Source: an uncultured Clostridia bacterium (GTDB lineage Bacteria; Bacillota; Clostridia; TANB77; CAG-508). Taken from it: 63,477 nucleotides of DNA. Each line of letters opens with the position of its first letter. Within the stretch, counting starts at the first letter, position 1. Made by a program: the position numbers and the translations under genes. The notes beneath the pieces are model-generated. The model saw nothing but the letters and a program-made list of their open reading frames with translations. It did not search any database and had not been told where the DNA came from. Positions 20,487 to 30,904 of the stretch are shown piece by piece. The DNA is taken from assembly GCA_947632585.1 (NCBI GenBank), contig CANRPS010000003.1:1-63477 (forward strand), in the 5' to 3' direction.

Positions 20487-21938
20487 TTATTTTTTGTTAA
20501 AGTATTTAACTTTTATAGTATCAATTGTTTCACGTAATAATTGATCTTTCATTACTAATAATATAGCAAAATAAGTTGTAGCAGACACAATTACTTGAAC
20601 TACTATTGACAAAATATTATTCTCTATTAATTTACCTATAAGTATACTGACTATAAACATTAATACCGAGGCAACTAGATATTTTTTTGCCAATTTAAAG
20701 ACTTCTTTAATTTTTATTTCATGTCTTACTAAGTAAAATTGAGTTATTGTAACCACACTTTCTGCAACTACTGTGGCTATTGATGCTCCTATTGATTTAC
20801 AAATTCTTATAAGAATTAAATTCAAAATAAAATTTACAATAGCTCCCAAAACAACGGATATTGTATATTTTTTTTGCTGCTTTGTTGGTAATAAGTATTG
20901 TGTTCCTACCACATTGCTTAATCCTATAGCTAATAATATAGGACTAATTATTATAATTAAGTAAATAACTTTATCATACCCTGGTCCTAAAAAGGCTGGG
21001 ACAAATTTACTTGATACACTAATAATTCCGAACATTAAAGGAAAAATCATCATTAGAACAAATTGAAAAGACTTTTTCATATATTCTATTAATTTTTCGT
21101 TATTATCTTTTGCAAATGTACTTGCCATTCTAGGAATCATAACAGTACCAAACGATGTAACTATTGTTAAAATTATCTTTACAACTTTTTGAGCTTGTTC
21201 ATAAAAACCAACTTCAGACTTTTCAGTAACTAAAGTTCCTATCATTGTTTTATCCAAGACAGTATATATTTGCACTGCTATTTGCGGAATAAATAGCCCA
21301 ATTGTTGGTTTCAGATGTTTAATTATTTGTAATTGTTTTATTTTTACTTTTTCTATGTATTTGGGAATAGAAGTCCATAATGATAAATTTCCTATTACAT
21401 TAGAAATTACATACAAAATAAAATAATATATTAAGTCATTCTTATTTTTTACTAAAGTAAAAATTAGAATTATACTAATAAGTCTTATAATTACATTTCT
21501 TATTACTATTTTTTTAAATTCTTCTATTCCTTGGAAGAACCAACTAATATCAATAGCGTTTGCTACTATTTCTAGTATAAGTATTTTATAATAGGTATTG
21601 TATTCGTTATGATTCATTATAAAAATTATATAATATACTAATAATGATATACTTAATGTAATAAATCTTAAGAATAATATTTCAAAAAAGCGCTTACTTC
21701 TTTCAATTTTATTATCTTGTAAATAAGCAATTTCTCTTTGTCCATACATTGCTATTCCTAAAGACCCAAAAAGTATGAAATAGGTTACTATAGATAATGT
21801 ATAGCTATATATTCCTATATTTTCAGCACCTAATACTCTTGCTAAATATGGAGTTGTAATTATAGGCAAAATAATTGCTAATATCTGATATGCTAAATTA
21901 TATAGATAATTTTTTGTAATGCTTTTTTTACTCTCCAT
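20487..21938 (-). CDS. wzx: Wzx-type oligosaccharide flippase (MOP/PST family)
   Basis: 483 aa with about 12-14 TM helices. N-terminus KNYLYNLAYQILAIILPIITTPYLARVLGAENIGIYS. Confidence 0.85.
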   Translation of the reverse strand: MESKKSITKNYLYNLAYQILAIILPIITTPYLARVLGAENIGIYSYTLSIVTYFILFGSLGIAMYGQREIAYLQDNKIERSKRFFEILFLRFITLSISLLVYYIIFIMNHNEYNTYYKILILEIVANAIDISWFFQGIEEFKKIVIRNVIIRLISIILIFTLVKNKNDLIYYFILYVISNVIGNLSLWTSIPKYIEKVKIKQLQIIKHLKPTIGLFIPQIAVQIYTVLDKTMIGTLVTEKSEVGFYEQAQKVVKIILTIVTSFGTVMIPRMASTFAKDNNEKLIEYMKKSFQFVLMMIFPLMFGIISVSSKFVPAFLGPGYDKVIYLIIIISPILLAIGLSNVVGTQYLLPTKQQKKYTISVVLGAIVNFILNLILIRICKSIGASIATVVAESVVTITQFYLVRHEIKIKEVFKLAKKYLVASVLMFIVSILIGKLIENNILSIVVQVIVSATTYFAILLVMKDQLLRETIDTIKVKYFNKK

Positions 21939-23034
21939 TCAGTTCACCTCTTGCACATTCTATAGCCTTTTCTATTACCTTATCCATATCATAATATTTA
22001 TATTCTCCCAATCTTCCTCCAAAAATAATTTTGTTATCCTTGGCAGATAATTCTTTATACCTTTCATACAATTCATTATTTCTAGTATCATTAATAGGAT
22101 AATATGGTTCTTTTGTTCTATCCCATTTATCTGGATATTCTTTGCTTATTATTGTTTTTAATTGAGATCCAAATTCAAAATGTTTATGTTCAATTATTCT
22201 TGTATATGGTACATTTACATCAGTATAATTAACTACCGCATTACCTTGATAGTTTTCCATATCCAAAATTTCTGTTTGAAAATTCAAACTTCTATATTCT
22301 AATTCTCCATAGCAATAGTCAAAAAATCTATCTATAGGTCCAGTAAAGACTATTTTATTTGCAATATTATATAGCTCATTTTTATTTTCGAAATAATCAC
22401 AATTAAGTTTCACATCAATTCCATTCAACATTTTTTGTATTATTTTTGTATAACCTTCTATAGGTATACCTTGATAAAAATCATTAAAATAATTATTATC
22501 ATATGTAAATCTCACTGGTAATCTTTTTATAATAAAACTAGGTAGTTCGGTTGCCTTTCTTCCCCATTGTTTTTCAGTATAACCCTTCACTAGTTTTTCA
22601 TATATAGTTTTTCCAACTAAGCTGATAGCTTGTTCTTCAAGATTTTTGGGTTCATTTATATTAGCTTCTTTTAGTTCTTCTAAAATTTTCTCTTTTGCCT
22701 CTTCTGGAGTAATTACTCCCCAAATTTTGTTAAAAGTATTCATATTAAATGGCATATTGTATATTTCATCTTTATATCTTGCTATAGGCGAATTCGTATA
22801 TCTATTAAATTCTGTAAATTGGTTTATATAATTCCATACTTCTTTATTACTTGTATGAAAAATATGCGCTCCATATTTATGCACATTTATTCCTTGTATT
22901 TTTTCTGTATAAATATTCCCTCCTATATGCGGTCTTTTATCTATTACTAAACAACTTTTTCCTTTTCTATTTGCTTCGTATGCAAATATTGAACCAAATA
23001 ATCCTGATCCTACCACTAAATAATCATATTTCAT
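21928..23034 (-). CDS. glf: UDP-galactopyranose mutase
   Basis: YDYLVVGSGLFGSIFAYE FAD-binding N-terminus and FGGRLGEYKYYDMD C-terminus; 368 aa. Confidence 0.92.
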   Translation of the reverse strand: MKYDYLVVGSGLFGSIFAYEANRKGKSCLVIDKRPHIGGNIYTEKIQGINVHKYGAHIFHTSNKEVWNYINQFTEFNRYTNSPIARYKDEIYNMPFNMNTFNKIWGVITPEEAKEKILEELKEANINEPKNLEEQAISLVGKTIYEKLVKGYTEKQWGRKATELPSFIIKRLPVRFTYDNNYFNDFYQGIPIEGYTKIIQKMLNGIDVKLNCDYFENKNELYNIANKIVFTGPIDRFFDYCYGELEYRSLNFQTEILDMENYQGNAVVNYTDVNVPYTRIIEHKHFEFGSQLKTIISKEYPDKWDRTKEPYYPINDTRNNELYERYKELSAKDNKIIFGGRLGEYKYYDMDKVIEKAIECARGELNGE

Positions 23035-23106
23035 TTTGCTTTCACCTACATAAATATTTTTCTTAATTTTTACTATATAAGTCTCTTTATCTAGAGCTAC
23101 TTTTTC

Positions 23107-23979
23107 TCATTGTATAGATTTTCCCTCTTTTATTTTCATTTTGCTTCCCAAATACTGCAATACTTCATCATAACAACAATCCATATAACCTGCTGCTGGT
23201 GTAAATGTCATCTCTCCAAAATATATTTTTCCATTTATATTGTATAGATCTACTCTCACAAATTCAAATTCATTCGATAATTTTTCAGCATATTCAATCA
23301 TTTTGTCCAAGTTTTTAGGTTTTGATATCTTATTTGGATTTCTTTTTTCTTCTTTTGCATAGTTAAGATAATTCCAATTCAAGTCAAAAAAATCTCTATA
23401 ATTTTTTTGCTCCCTATCACTACAAACTAATATACAATCTGCTTTTCCATTAAAGCAAAAAAATTTATAATCATATGGTTGTCTATTTTCTTGGTCACTT
23501 AAAAACTCTTCACAAATAATTTTTGGCTGAATATACTTATAATGATATTCTAAGTAATTGTAAGCATAATTTTTTTTCAATGATTTTTTTAGTAATTTTT
23601 TGCAGTTTTCAAAGTTAAATATTTTTTTATTAGTACATATGAATACCTCTCCCGAGCCATGGTTAGTTTTTAAGACAAATTTTTCTGGTAATTTTTCTAT
23701 GTCTATTTCATTTACGTTGTTATAAACCCCATAAAGTTTTGGAAGTAATTTTTCATATCCCTTATCTTTCACAAAATTTCTCACTTTGCATTTATCAGTA
23801 AGCATTCCATACTTTTTTCCATATCTATATACCATCATATAATGTATTTTTTCATTTATATCTTTAGGATTTTTTAAATCTAATCTTTTCCCCTTAATTG
23901 TGTAATACATTATTTTGTGTGCTAATGATTTTGGTAATATATATAATAATTTATGATATATAATTCTTAATGAATTCAA
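23107..23979 (-). CDS. TupA-like ATP-grasp protein
   Basis: By-eye match to the TupA-like ATP-grasp pattern: LPKLYGVY, FVLKTNHGSGEVFI, DYKFFCFNGK, RVDLYNINGKIYFGEMTF. Confidence 0.6.
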   Translation of the reverse strand: MNSLRIIYHKLLYILPKSLAHKIMYYTIKGKRLDLKNPKDINEKIHYMMVYRYGKKYGMLTDKCKVRNFVKDKGYEKLLPKLYGVYNNVNEIDIEKLPEKFVLKTNHGSGEVFICTNKKIFNFENCKKLLKKSLKKNYAYNYLEYHYKYIQPKIICEEFLSDQENRQPYDYKFFCFNGKADCILVCSDREQKNYRDFFDLNWNYLNYAKEEKRNPNKISKPKNLDKMIEYAEKLSNEFEFVRVDLYNINGKIYFGEMTFTPAAGYMDCCYDEVLQYLGSKMKIKEGKSIQ

Positions 23980-23995
23980 TTTTCTTTTTTCCTTT

Positions 23996-24847
23996 CTACT
24001 TTTCTGGAGATATTATTTTTCCGCTTTTTCCTATAATTCCATGCCACCATGCTTTTAAAAATATTGGAATTTGTTTTGGATTTAATATCAATAATTTTAT
24101 AAAATTTTTAGAAGTTATCCAAAAAATAGCCTTATATTTAATTAATTCATTATACTTATATTTTAAAATATAATTTCTAGTCACATAATATAATCTCCAA
24201 TCAGGAATTTTTGGTAAACTTATTTTCTTTCCACATATTTTCTTACTATAAGTATCCTTAGCTAAATTAGCCTTATGTTTTATTATAGAATCCCTAACTT
24301 TATATATGCTAAATCCAGCATTTAAAATTCTATGGCAATACTCATCATCATCGCCATATATAAATAAGTCTCCTCTTGGAAATCCCACTTTGTCAATAAC
24401 TACTCTTGGTACAAAAAAACCTACAAATATCCATGTGTTAACTTTCTTATACTCACTCTTAAAATCTGTATCATTATGTGGGTTAGACCATAAACACGAC
24501 TCTTTTGGTAATTTTTCATATACTTCAATTAATTTTTTTAAAGCCGTTTTTTCAGGAAAGGCATCATCATCCATTCCCCAAATGCAATCATAATTATCTT
24601 CGTAAGCTTTTTTCACACCCACTTCAAATCCCTTGGAGCCACCTAAATTTTCTTTCATTTTTATATATTGAATCTTTTCATTATTTTTTAAGATGTCTTC
24701 TATGTATTCATAAGTTCCGTCTGTTGAACAATTATCAATTAAATATATTTTTTCTAAAGGATATTCTTGTTTTAGTAAACATTCTAAATTCATTTTTAAT
24801 TTTTCTTTTCTATTATATGTTACTACTACTCCAGCTATTTTTAACAT
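23996..24847 (-). CDS. GT2-family glycosyltransferase
   Basis: VVVTYNRKE, LIDNCSTDGT, WGMDDDAFP motifs; 283 aa. Confidence 0.8.
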   Translation of the reverse strand: MLKIAGVVVTYNRKEKLKMNLECLLKQEYPLEKIYLIDNCSTDGTYEYIEDILKNNEKIQYIKMKENLGGSKGFEVGVKKAYEDNYDCIWGMDDDAFPEKTALKKLIEVYEKLPKESCLWSNPHNDTDFKSEYKKVNTWIFVGFFVPRVVIDKVGFPRGDLFIYGDDDEYCHRILNAGFSIYKVRDSIIKHKANLAKDTYSKKICGKKISLPKIPDWRLYYVTRNYILKYKYNELIKYKAIFWITSKNFIKLLILNPKQIPIFLKAWWHGIIGKSGKIISPEK

Positions 24848-24945
24848 AAAAAACTTCTCCTATCAGTTTCTAAACTTCATAACTTTCCTATTTTATAACC
24901 TTATTTATTTTTATATGTGTTTTATTTGTCTGAATTTCACTAATT

Positions 24946-25992
24946 TTATATCTTTAAAATTTTTTTTATTTTATATTTTATATTCATAAAGTCATAGCAA
25001 CATCTGATTAATTTATACTTAATTAAAATAGCAATAACTTTTTCAGTTTTATTTAAATATTTTAGTGATTTATTACTAAATTTATTGAATTTATACTTTC
25101 CATATAAATTTTTTAGTTCATTGATTTTTTCTCTTTTAGTTAAATTACAATTTTCAGACAAATATTTTAATCTTATTGTTTCAATATATAGTTTTACCTT
25201 TTTAGCATCAAAATATTTTTTTAAATCTTTATATAATTTTTTCTCATACATAAAATCATCTATGTATTTAATAACTTGTAAACTTGTTTCATCAAAATCG
25301 GCAGAATGTTTGTGTGTAACAGACACATCATTGATTCTATAATGGTATAAAGCATATGGGATAATCATAATTTTATCGGTATTATAATATGCTTCAAGAT
25401 TGAATATAGTATCTTGCATTCTCTTTAAACCCAATTTAAAATAACAATGATTGTCTATAATATATTGTTTTCTGTACATTTTTGCCCATGGAACACCACA
25501 ATTAGTTATAGATGTTTTATTGTCATACTCCGTGTTACATAGCGAACTTTTTATTAAATTAATATTCTCACCTTTATCCAGTAAGTGATTTGTATTTTTA
25601 AAAAAGTGTGTTTCAATCTCATTTTTAGATGAACTTATGTAGTAACCAGAAATAATAATATCTATTTCGTTTGGGTTCTTGGTATAATAATACATTGTTT
25701 CAATCATATTGTCTTCTATCCAATCGTCACTATCTAGAAAAACAATCCAATCTGAAGTAGACATTTTAATTCCTAAATTTCTTGCGGCTGAAACACCTAA
25801 TTTATCTTGTTTTATCACCTTCAGTCTTTTATCTTTAAATTGTTTTAAAATATTATAACTATTATCAGTGCTTGAATCATCTATTGCTATTATTTCAATT
25901 TCTTTGAATGTTTGATTCAAACAACTATTAATACACTTTTCTATGTAATTTTCCACATTATAAACAGGAATTATTATAGTAACTTTTGACAT
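24946..25992 (-). CDS. GT2-family glycosyltransferase
   Basis: VTIIIPVYNVENYIEKCINS, IAIDDSSTDNS, FLDSDDW motifs; 348 aa. Confidence 0.85.
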   Translation of the reverse strand: MSKVTIIIPVYNVENYIEKCINSCLNQTFKEIEIIAIDDSSTDNSYNILKQFKDKRLKVIKQDKLGVSAARNLGIKMSTSDWIVFLDSDDWIEDNMIETMYYYTKNPNEIDIIISGYYISSSKNEIETHFFKNTNHLLDKGENINLIKSSLCNTEYDNKTSITNCGVPWAKMYRKQYIIDNHCYFKLGLKRMQDTIFNLEAYYNTDKIMIIPYALYHYRINDVSVTHKHSADFDETSLQVIKYIDDFMYEKKLYKDLKKYFDAKKVKLYIETIRLKYLSENCNLTKREKINELKNLYGKYKFNKFSNKSLKYLNKTEKVIAILIKYKLIRCCYDFMNIKYKIKKILKI

Positions 25993-26043
25993 TTTTATTC
26001 CCCTACATATTTAAGCATAAAATATGTTTGGCTTCTCCTTTCC

Positions 26044-27136
26044 CTATATTCCTAATATATTAGAATGATATGGATAAATATGTCCAATACCTATATTAAT
26101 ATATGTAATATAAAAATATATTAATATAAAAATTATTAATATAAATTTTAATAATGGTTGTTTTGATTTAGCACTTCCATATGATAACATATAAAGATAT
26201 ATTATCATTGAGTAATAATAAGATATTCTTTCAGCATACATTATTTTAAATCCTATTGTATATATAAGCATATCTATAATAAGTATATATGAGAAAAAAC
26301 TTTTCTTTCTTTTATCTTCAAATGATGTTAAAAAATAGTTACATATAAAAAATAGCACTATTTTTAAAAAGTATGCTTTATATTGTACATCCATTTTATC
26401 CATATAAAAATAACTAGTATAATAGCTATATTTTTCTGGTAAAAAACCTATATTAATCCCTGTCAAAATAAATTGTTTTAATCCGGAAAATCATAAATAT
26501 TATCAAACATAAAATAACATATTTTATAAATAGTCCACGTTTATTATTCTCTGTATGCCAATAAAAAAAATACAATGGTATACATATTAATGCTGTAATA
26601 TGTGACAAGGTTGCTAATATAATGTATAACATAAATTTTTTAAAATCTTTTTTTTCAACATATCTAAATGCATATAATGCAATTGCCATAGCAATACATT
26701 GTCTTACTATATTAAATGCTAATCCATAAAATATTCCCATATATGCTAACATACACATTGAAAAAGATATCTCTTTTTTATGTGAATATGCGAATAATAC
26801 AATAAATATAGAAATTACTAGTTGTAGCAAAAACAAAAGAAGATTCAAACTTCCATTTAATAAAGATGTGATAAATGTAATTATAAAAAATATTAATTCC
26901 ATATCAACAGTTCGCATAGTTCTTAACATGTTAGTATTATTTTTCATAGTCTCATAAACTGGTTTTACATATACTAATACATCTGTTCCAATGTCTTCGT
27001 TTCTTACCCCCGCAAATATTGACATAATTAATATAATTAAAATACAACCCAATATACCATATTTATATTTAGGACTTTTTTCAACAAACACAGCTATTAA
27101 ATATACTACTAAAATTACTCCTACATATGGCAACAT
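26044..27136 (-). CDS. EpsG/Wzy-type repeat-unit polymerase. ORFs 26453-27136 and 26044-26466 are joined across a +1 break at in-frame CGG (26483-26485).
   Basis: Both halves are polytopic and together give about 364 aa, the size of EpsG-family polymerases. The upstream frame reads ...MIF-CGG-IKTIYFDRD-stop. The +1 frame reads G-LKQFILTGINIGFLPEKY. The span is 3n+1 nt. Confidence 0.6.
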
Positions 27137-27151
27137 AAATTTATATCTCCC

Positions 27152-29011
27152 TTATTTTAAAAAAATTTTTCTAATTTTTTTGTTAATTACATAATAATTA
27201 GATTTTATCTTAAGAATTCTTTTCAAAAAGCCTATTCTCCAACTGCTTGATTTATAATCTACTATAAATTTTTTTATATTTAATATATAGCACAAAAGTA
27301 TTTTTGGTTTAGCTATATATTTTAAATCATTGTCAACAAACATTATATTTCCAATTTTTTTCGAATCTTTTAAACTTGGATTTAGGCCTAATTCATATAA
27401 ATTTAGATATGAAATATCTTTATTTATTATTTCAAACACACAATTATTAAGGTTTGAACTTATAAAATCTTTTATAAATTGAATCGCTCCATTTTGTATA
27501 TCTTTAAGAATAAACTTTTCTGGACGATCTTCATATTCATATTTTTCCAACTCCACATAACAATTGTTTTTTGAAAAATCTACAAATTTTTTTACAGAAC
27601 CATGTTGAGTCATAAATAAAAATTCAAAAACTAATGGAAAATATTCTTCCTTTTCAAATAATTCATAACCACTATATTTATCGAATAGATATCCCTTCAT
27701 TTTTTGTCTGTCTTGATATATATTATTTGGTTTCAAACCAATATAATATCCATTTAAATCTACATCACTTATCATATTTTGAATTGCATTCTGCATATTT
27801 CCATTCCATCCAATGTCAATAATGGCTACTTTGCCTTTAAAGTTCTGCTTTTGATAATATTCCAACAAGAAATCATATTCGTTTTTTGAATTCTTTTTAA
27901 TTTCATCAACGTAATCAATAAACATTTTATTTATTTTTTTATCTGTAAGAATATTTGAAACCATATATTCTTTATAAATATCAATATCATATTTATTTAT
28001 AATTAGTTCCCTGTCTAAAGTTTCTATTCCTAATTTCTTAAATAAATTTTTTATTGTTATTCTTCTTCCTACATGCATAATCGATATCATTTTCTCTAAT
28101 GTATTATACTTCCATAATGACGGAACTATTGTTGATCTTCTTGAACCAAAAAAATATATAGATTCTACACTATTCTGTTTTATTAAATCAAAAGCCTCTT
28201 TTATTATTTTGCCGTCTCTAGATAAAAAAAATAATCTATTAATATTTTCAGCTTCTATTTCTTTTAATAGCCATTTAGAAAATCCATATAATAATGGTCC
28301 CAAACATTCATATCCACATTTAAAAAAATAGTTGTCACTACATTTCTGATTATTTTTTATAAAACTTTTCAAAATATTATATTCAATATTCTGATTATTC
28401 TTATTGAAAAAATGTCGTGTTGTACTATCTTTTATATGAATACTACATATTCCATATTTTCTAGGGTTTAAGAAATCTGATTTAAAATTATCGCCCAAAT
28501 GAATAAGGTCTTTTCCATTCATTTTTAGATCTTTCAATATATATTTAAAAATATTACCTTTTGATTTTGTTAAATTTAGTTCTGAAGAAATATATAATTT
28601 CGAATATTTTATACTACATTTGTTTAAAATTTTTGAGATTGTATCCCTATCTAAATACATATCCGTTATTAGTATAATCTTACTTTTATCTCTAATTTCA
28701 TTATATGTTTTATCAATTTTCAAATTATATTGACAAAATTCTATTTCAGTTTGCCTTTCGCAATCTTTTGCATTTTCTATTATTTTCTTATCTAAATCTA
28801 TATTTTCATATATTTCATCTAAAGTTACTTCTGATTTTTTTTTCTTTAAATATGCTTTTTTTTGTGCATCTATACGTTTTTCATAAAAATTCTCAATTTG
28901 TAATTTTTTTTCTACAATTTTGAATATATCTTCTGGCTTTTCTACATTTCTTTTAATTAAAGTATCAAAAATATCAAAAGATATATATTTATATTTGTTA
29001 ATTTCTTTCAT
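27152..29011 (-). CDS. Large cytoplasmic protein of unknown function with HAD-like N-terminal motif
   Basis: 619 aa. N-terminus YISFDIFDTLIKRNV resembles HAD motif I. The rest is unrecognised. Confidence 0.35.
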   Translation of the reverse strand: MKEINKYKYISFDIFDTLIKRNVEKPEDIFKIVEKKLQIENFYEKRIDAQKKAYLKKKKSEVTLDEIYENIDLDKKIIENAKDCERQTEIEFCQYNLKIDKTYNEIRDKSKIILITDMYLDRDTISKILNKCSIKYSKLYISSELNLTKSKGNIFKYILKDLKMNGKDLIHLGDNFKSDFLNPRKYGICSIHIKDSTTRHFFNKNNQNIEYNILKSFIKNNQKCSDNYFFKCGYECLGPLLYGFSKWLLKEIEAENINRLFFLSRDGKIIKEAFDLIKQNSVESIYFFGSRRSTIVPSLWKYNTLEKMISIMHVGRRITIKNLFKKLGIETLDRELIINKYDIDIYKEYMVSNILTDKKINKMFIDYVDEIKKNSKNEYDFLLEYYQKQNFKGKVAIIDIGWNGNMQNAIQNMISDVDLNGYYIGLKPNNIYQDRQKMKGYLFDKYSGYELFEKEEYFPLVFEFLFMTQHGSVKKFVDFSKNNCYVELEKYEYEDRPEKFILKDIQNGAIQFIKDFISSNLNNCVFEIINKDISYLNLYELGLNPSLKDSKKIGNIMFVDNDLKYIAKPKILLCYILNIKKFIVDYKSSSWRIGFLKRILKIKSNYYVINKKIRKIFLK

Positions 29012-29242
29012 AACAACAAAATTTATGATAAATTCCTTTCTTTATATCAGTTATTTTTTCTGCTTATTCTATTGATTATGTCTCTTTATAGATAATACTA
29101 AAACAGCAAAGTACTTTCTTTTCATACTTTCTATATTTTTCAAAATAGTTGATATTTTTACTTTTCTCCTTAGTATGATTTTTATTATTTTAATTTTCTA
29201 CATTAATTATTTCTATTAACATTTTCTTAATATTGTAACTAA

Positions 29243-30064
29243 TTAAAGAGCTCCTTCCTTTTTTATAACTGCTTGAATTGTCTTAAAAAATATTTTCATA
29301 TCCATTTTTAAAGAATAATTTTGTGCATAAAAGGCTTCCATGTCAACTCTTTCTTTATAACTTGTATTACTTCTGCCATTAGCAGCCCAATATCCAGTAA
29401 TTCCTGGTTTTACACTATGTATAATTTTCATTTTATTTCCAAATAATGGAATTTCTCGTTCTACAATTGGTCTAGGACCAATTAAGCTCATATCTCCTTT
29501 TAAAACATTTATAAATTGAGGAAATTCATCTAGACTAGTTTTTCTCAAAATTTTTCCAACTTTGGTTATTCTAGGATCATTTTTTAATTTTTGTGTTGCT
29601 TCGAACTCCTTTCTAGCTTCTTCATTTTCTTCAAGATATTTTTTTAGTTTTTCATCAGCGTCAACTATCATAGAACGATATTTATATATTTTAAATGTTT
29701 TTCCATTTTTTCCTATTCTTTGTTGAGTATAAAATAAAGGTCCTCTTTCGCTAAAAATAAAATTTGCTATGTATATAATTATTGATAATGGTACTAGCAA
29801 TATAATTCCTATTATTGAAGCCATTATATCTATTATTCTTTTTAATATAATTTCAATTTTCACTTGAATTTTACTTTTGAATATCGAATTATTACCATAT
29901 GGAATCATAGTTGTTACGTTTTCATTCGATGGTATATCTTTTATATTTTCTTCAAAAATATATCCGCATTCAATTGTTTCAGCTTTCATATATACATATT
30001 CCTCCTTTAATTCTATGCTTTCATTCTTTCTTGCAATAATTTTAGCTTTTATACTTTCTAACAT
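29243..30064 (-). CDS. Initiating undecaprenyl-phosphate sugar-phosphate transferase (bacterial sugar transferase family, WbaP/EpsL C-terminal type)
   Basis: PLFYTQQRIGKNGKTFKIYKYRSM, DELPQFINVLKGDMSLIGPRP; one TM helix. Confidence 0.9.
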   Translation of the reverse strand: MLESIKAKIIARKNESIELKEEYVYMKAETIECGYIFEENIKDIPSNENVTTMIPYGNNSIFKSKIQVKIEIILKRIIDIMASIIGIILLVPLSIIIYIANFIFSERGPLFYTQQRIGKNGKTFKIYKYRSMIVDADEKLKKYLEENEEARKEFEATQKLKNDPRITKVGKILRKTSLDEFPQFINVLKGDMSLIGPRPIVEREIPLFGNKMKIIHSVKPGITGYWAANGRSNTSYKERVDMEAFYAQNYSLKMDMKIFFKTIQAVIKKEGAL

Positions 30065-30166
30065 TTAATTTGTTCATTATTTGCAATAAAAATCATATTA
30101 GGCAAATTTATTGAACTAGTATCAATTTATAACTGATAATTCTTGATTTTACTTTTATAGTAAAAA

Positions 30167-30904
30167 TTATAACTTTTTCTGATTGCGTTTTCTTTTTATT
30201 AAATATTTCATTAGCTCTTTTGAAATGCTCAATCTGTTTTTTATAATCTGTCTTATAGGTAAATGTTTAAAACTTGATGCATTTCCTCCATGCCTTCTAT
30301 ATTTCATTAATTTTTCATCTAAAAAATATGTTTTTCCATTTACTTCTCCTATTAGTCCTATCCATTGATCATGTAAATATATATCATTAGGAATAGGTAA
30401 AAATTCTTCTTTTAGCTCTTTCTTAAATGCAATACAACATCCATGATAAGAATTTTTTATAATATTTTTTATAATACCTATCTTTACATTTCTATGTGAT
30501 GCAAATGACTCAAACATTATATTTTCATTTTCATCTATAACTATTGCATCATGTTGTATAAGAATATAATCATTTTTTTCAAAACACTGAATTATTTTTT
30601 CTACTTTATTATTTTCCCATATATCATCTTGGTCTGTTAGAAAAATAAAATCACCAGTTGTATTTTTTATAGCATTAGCAAAGTTTTGCTTTATTCCAAT
30701 TCTAGGGCCATTCAATAGTTTTATTCTTTCATCTTTAAAGCTATTTATAATATCAATAGTTTTATCTGTAGATCCATCATCAGAAATTATTAATTCATCA
30801 TTTTTTTTCAAATTATTTAAAATAGTTTTTATCTGTTCATATATATAATTTTCGCCATTATATGATGCCATCGCTACAGATATTTTTGGTGCCTTCCCTT
30901 CCAT
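30167..30904 (-). CDS. GT2-family glycosyltransferase
   Basis: ISVAMASYNGENYI, IISDDGSTDKT, LTDQDDIW motifs; 245 aa. Confidence 0.8.
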   Translation of the reverse strand: MEGKAPKISVAMASYNGENYIYEQIKTILNNLKKNDELIISDDGSTDKTIDIINSFKDERIKLLNGPRIGIKQNFANAIKNTTGDFIFLTDQDDIWENNKVEKIIQCFEKNDYILIQHDAIVIDENENIMFESFASHRNVKIGIIKNIIKNSYHGCCIAFKKELKEEFLPIPNDIYLHDQWIGLIGEVNGKTYFLDEKLMKYRRHGGNASSFKHLPIRQIIKNRLSISKELMKYLIKRKRNQKKL

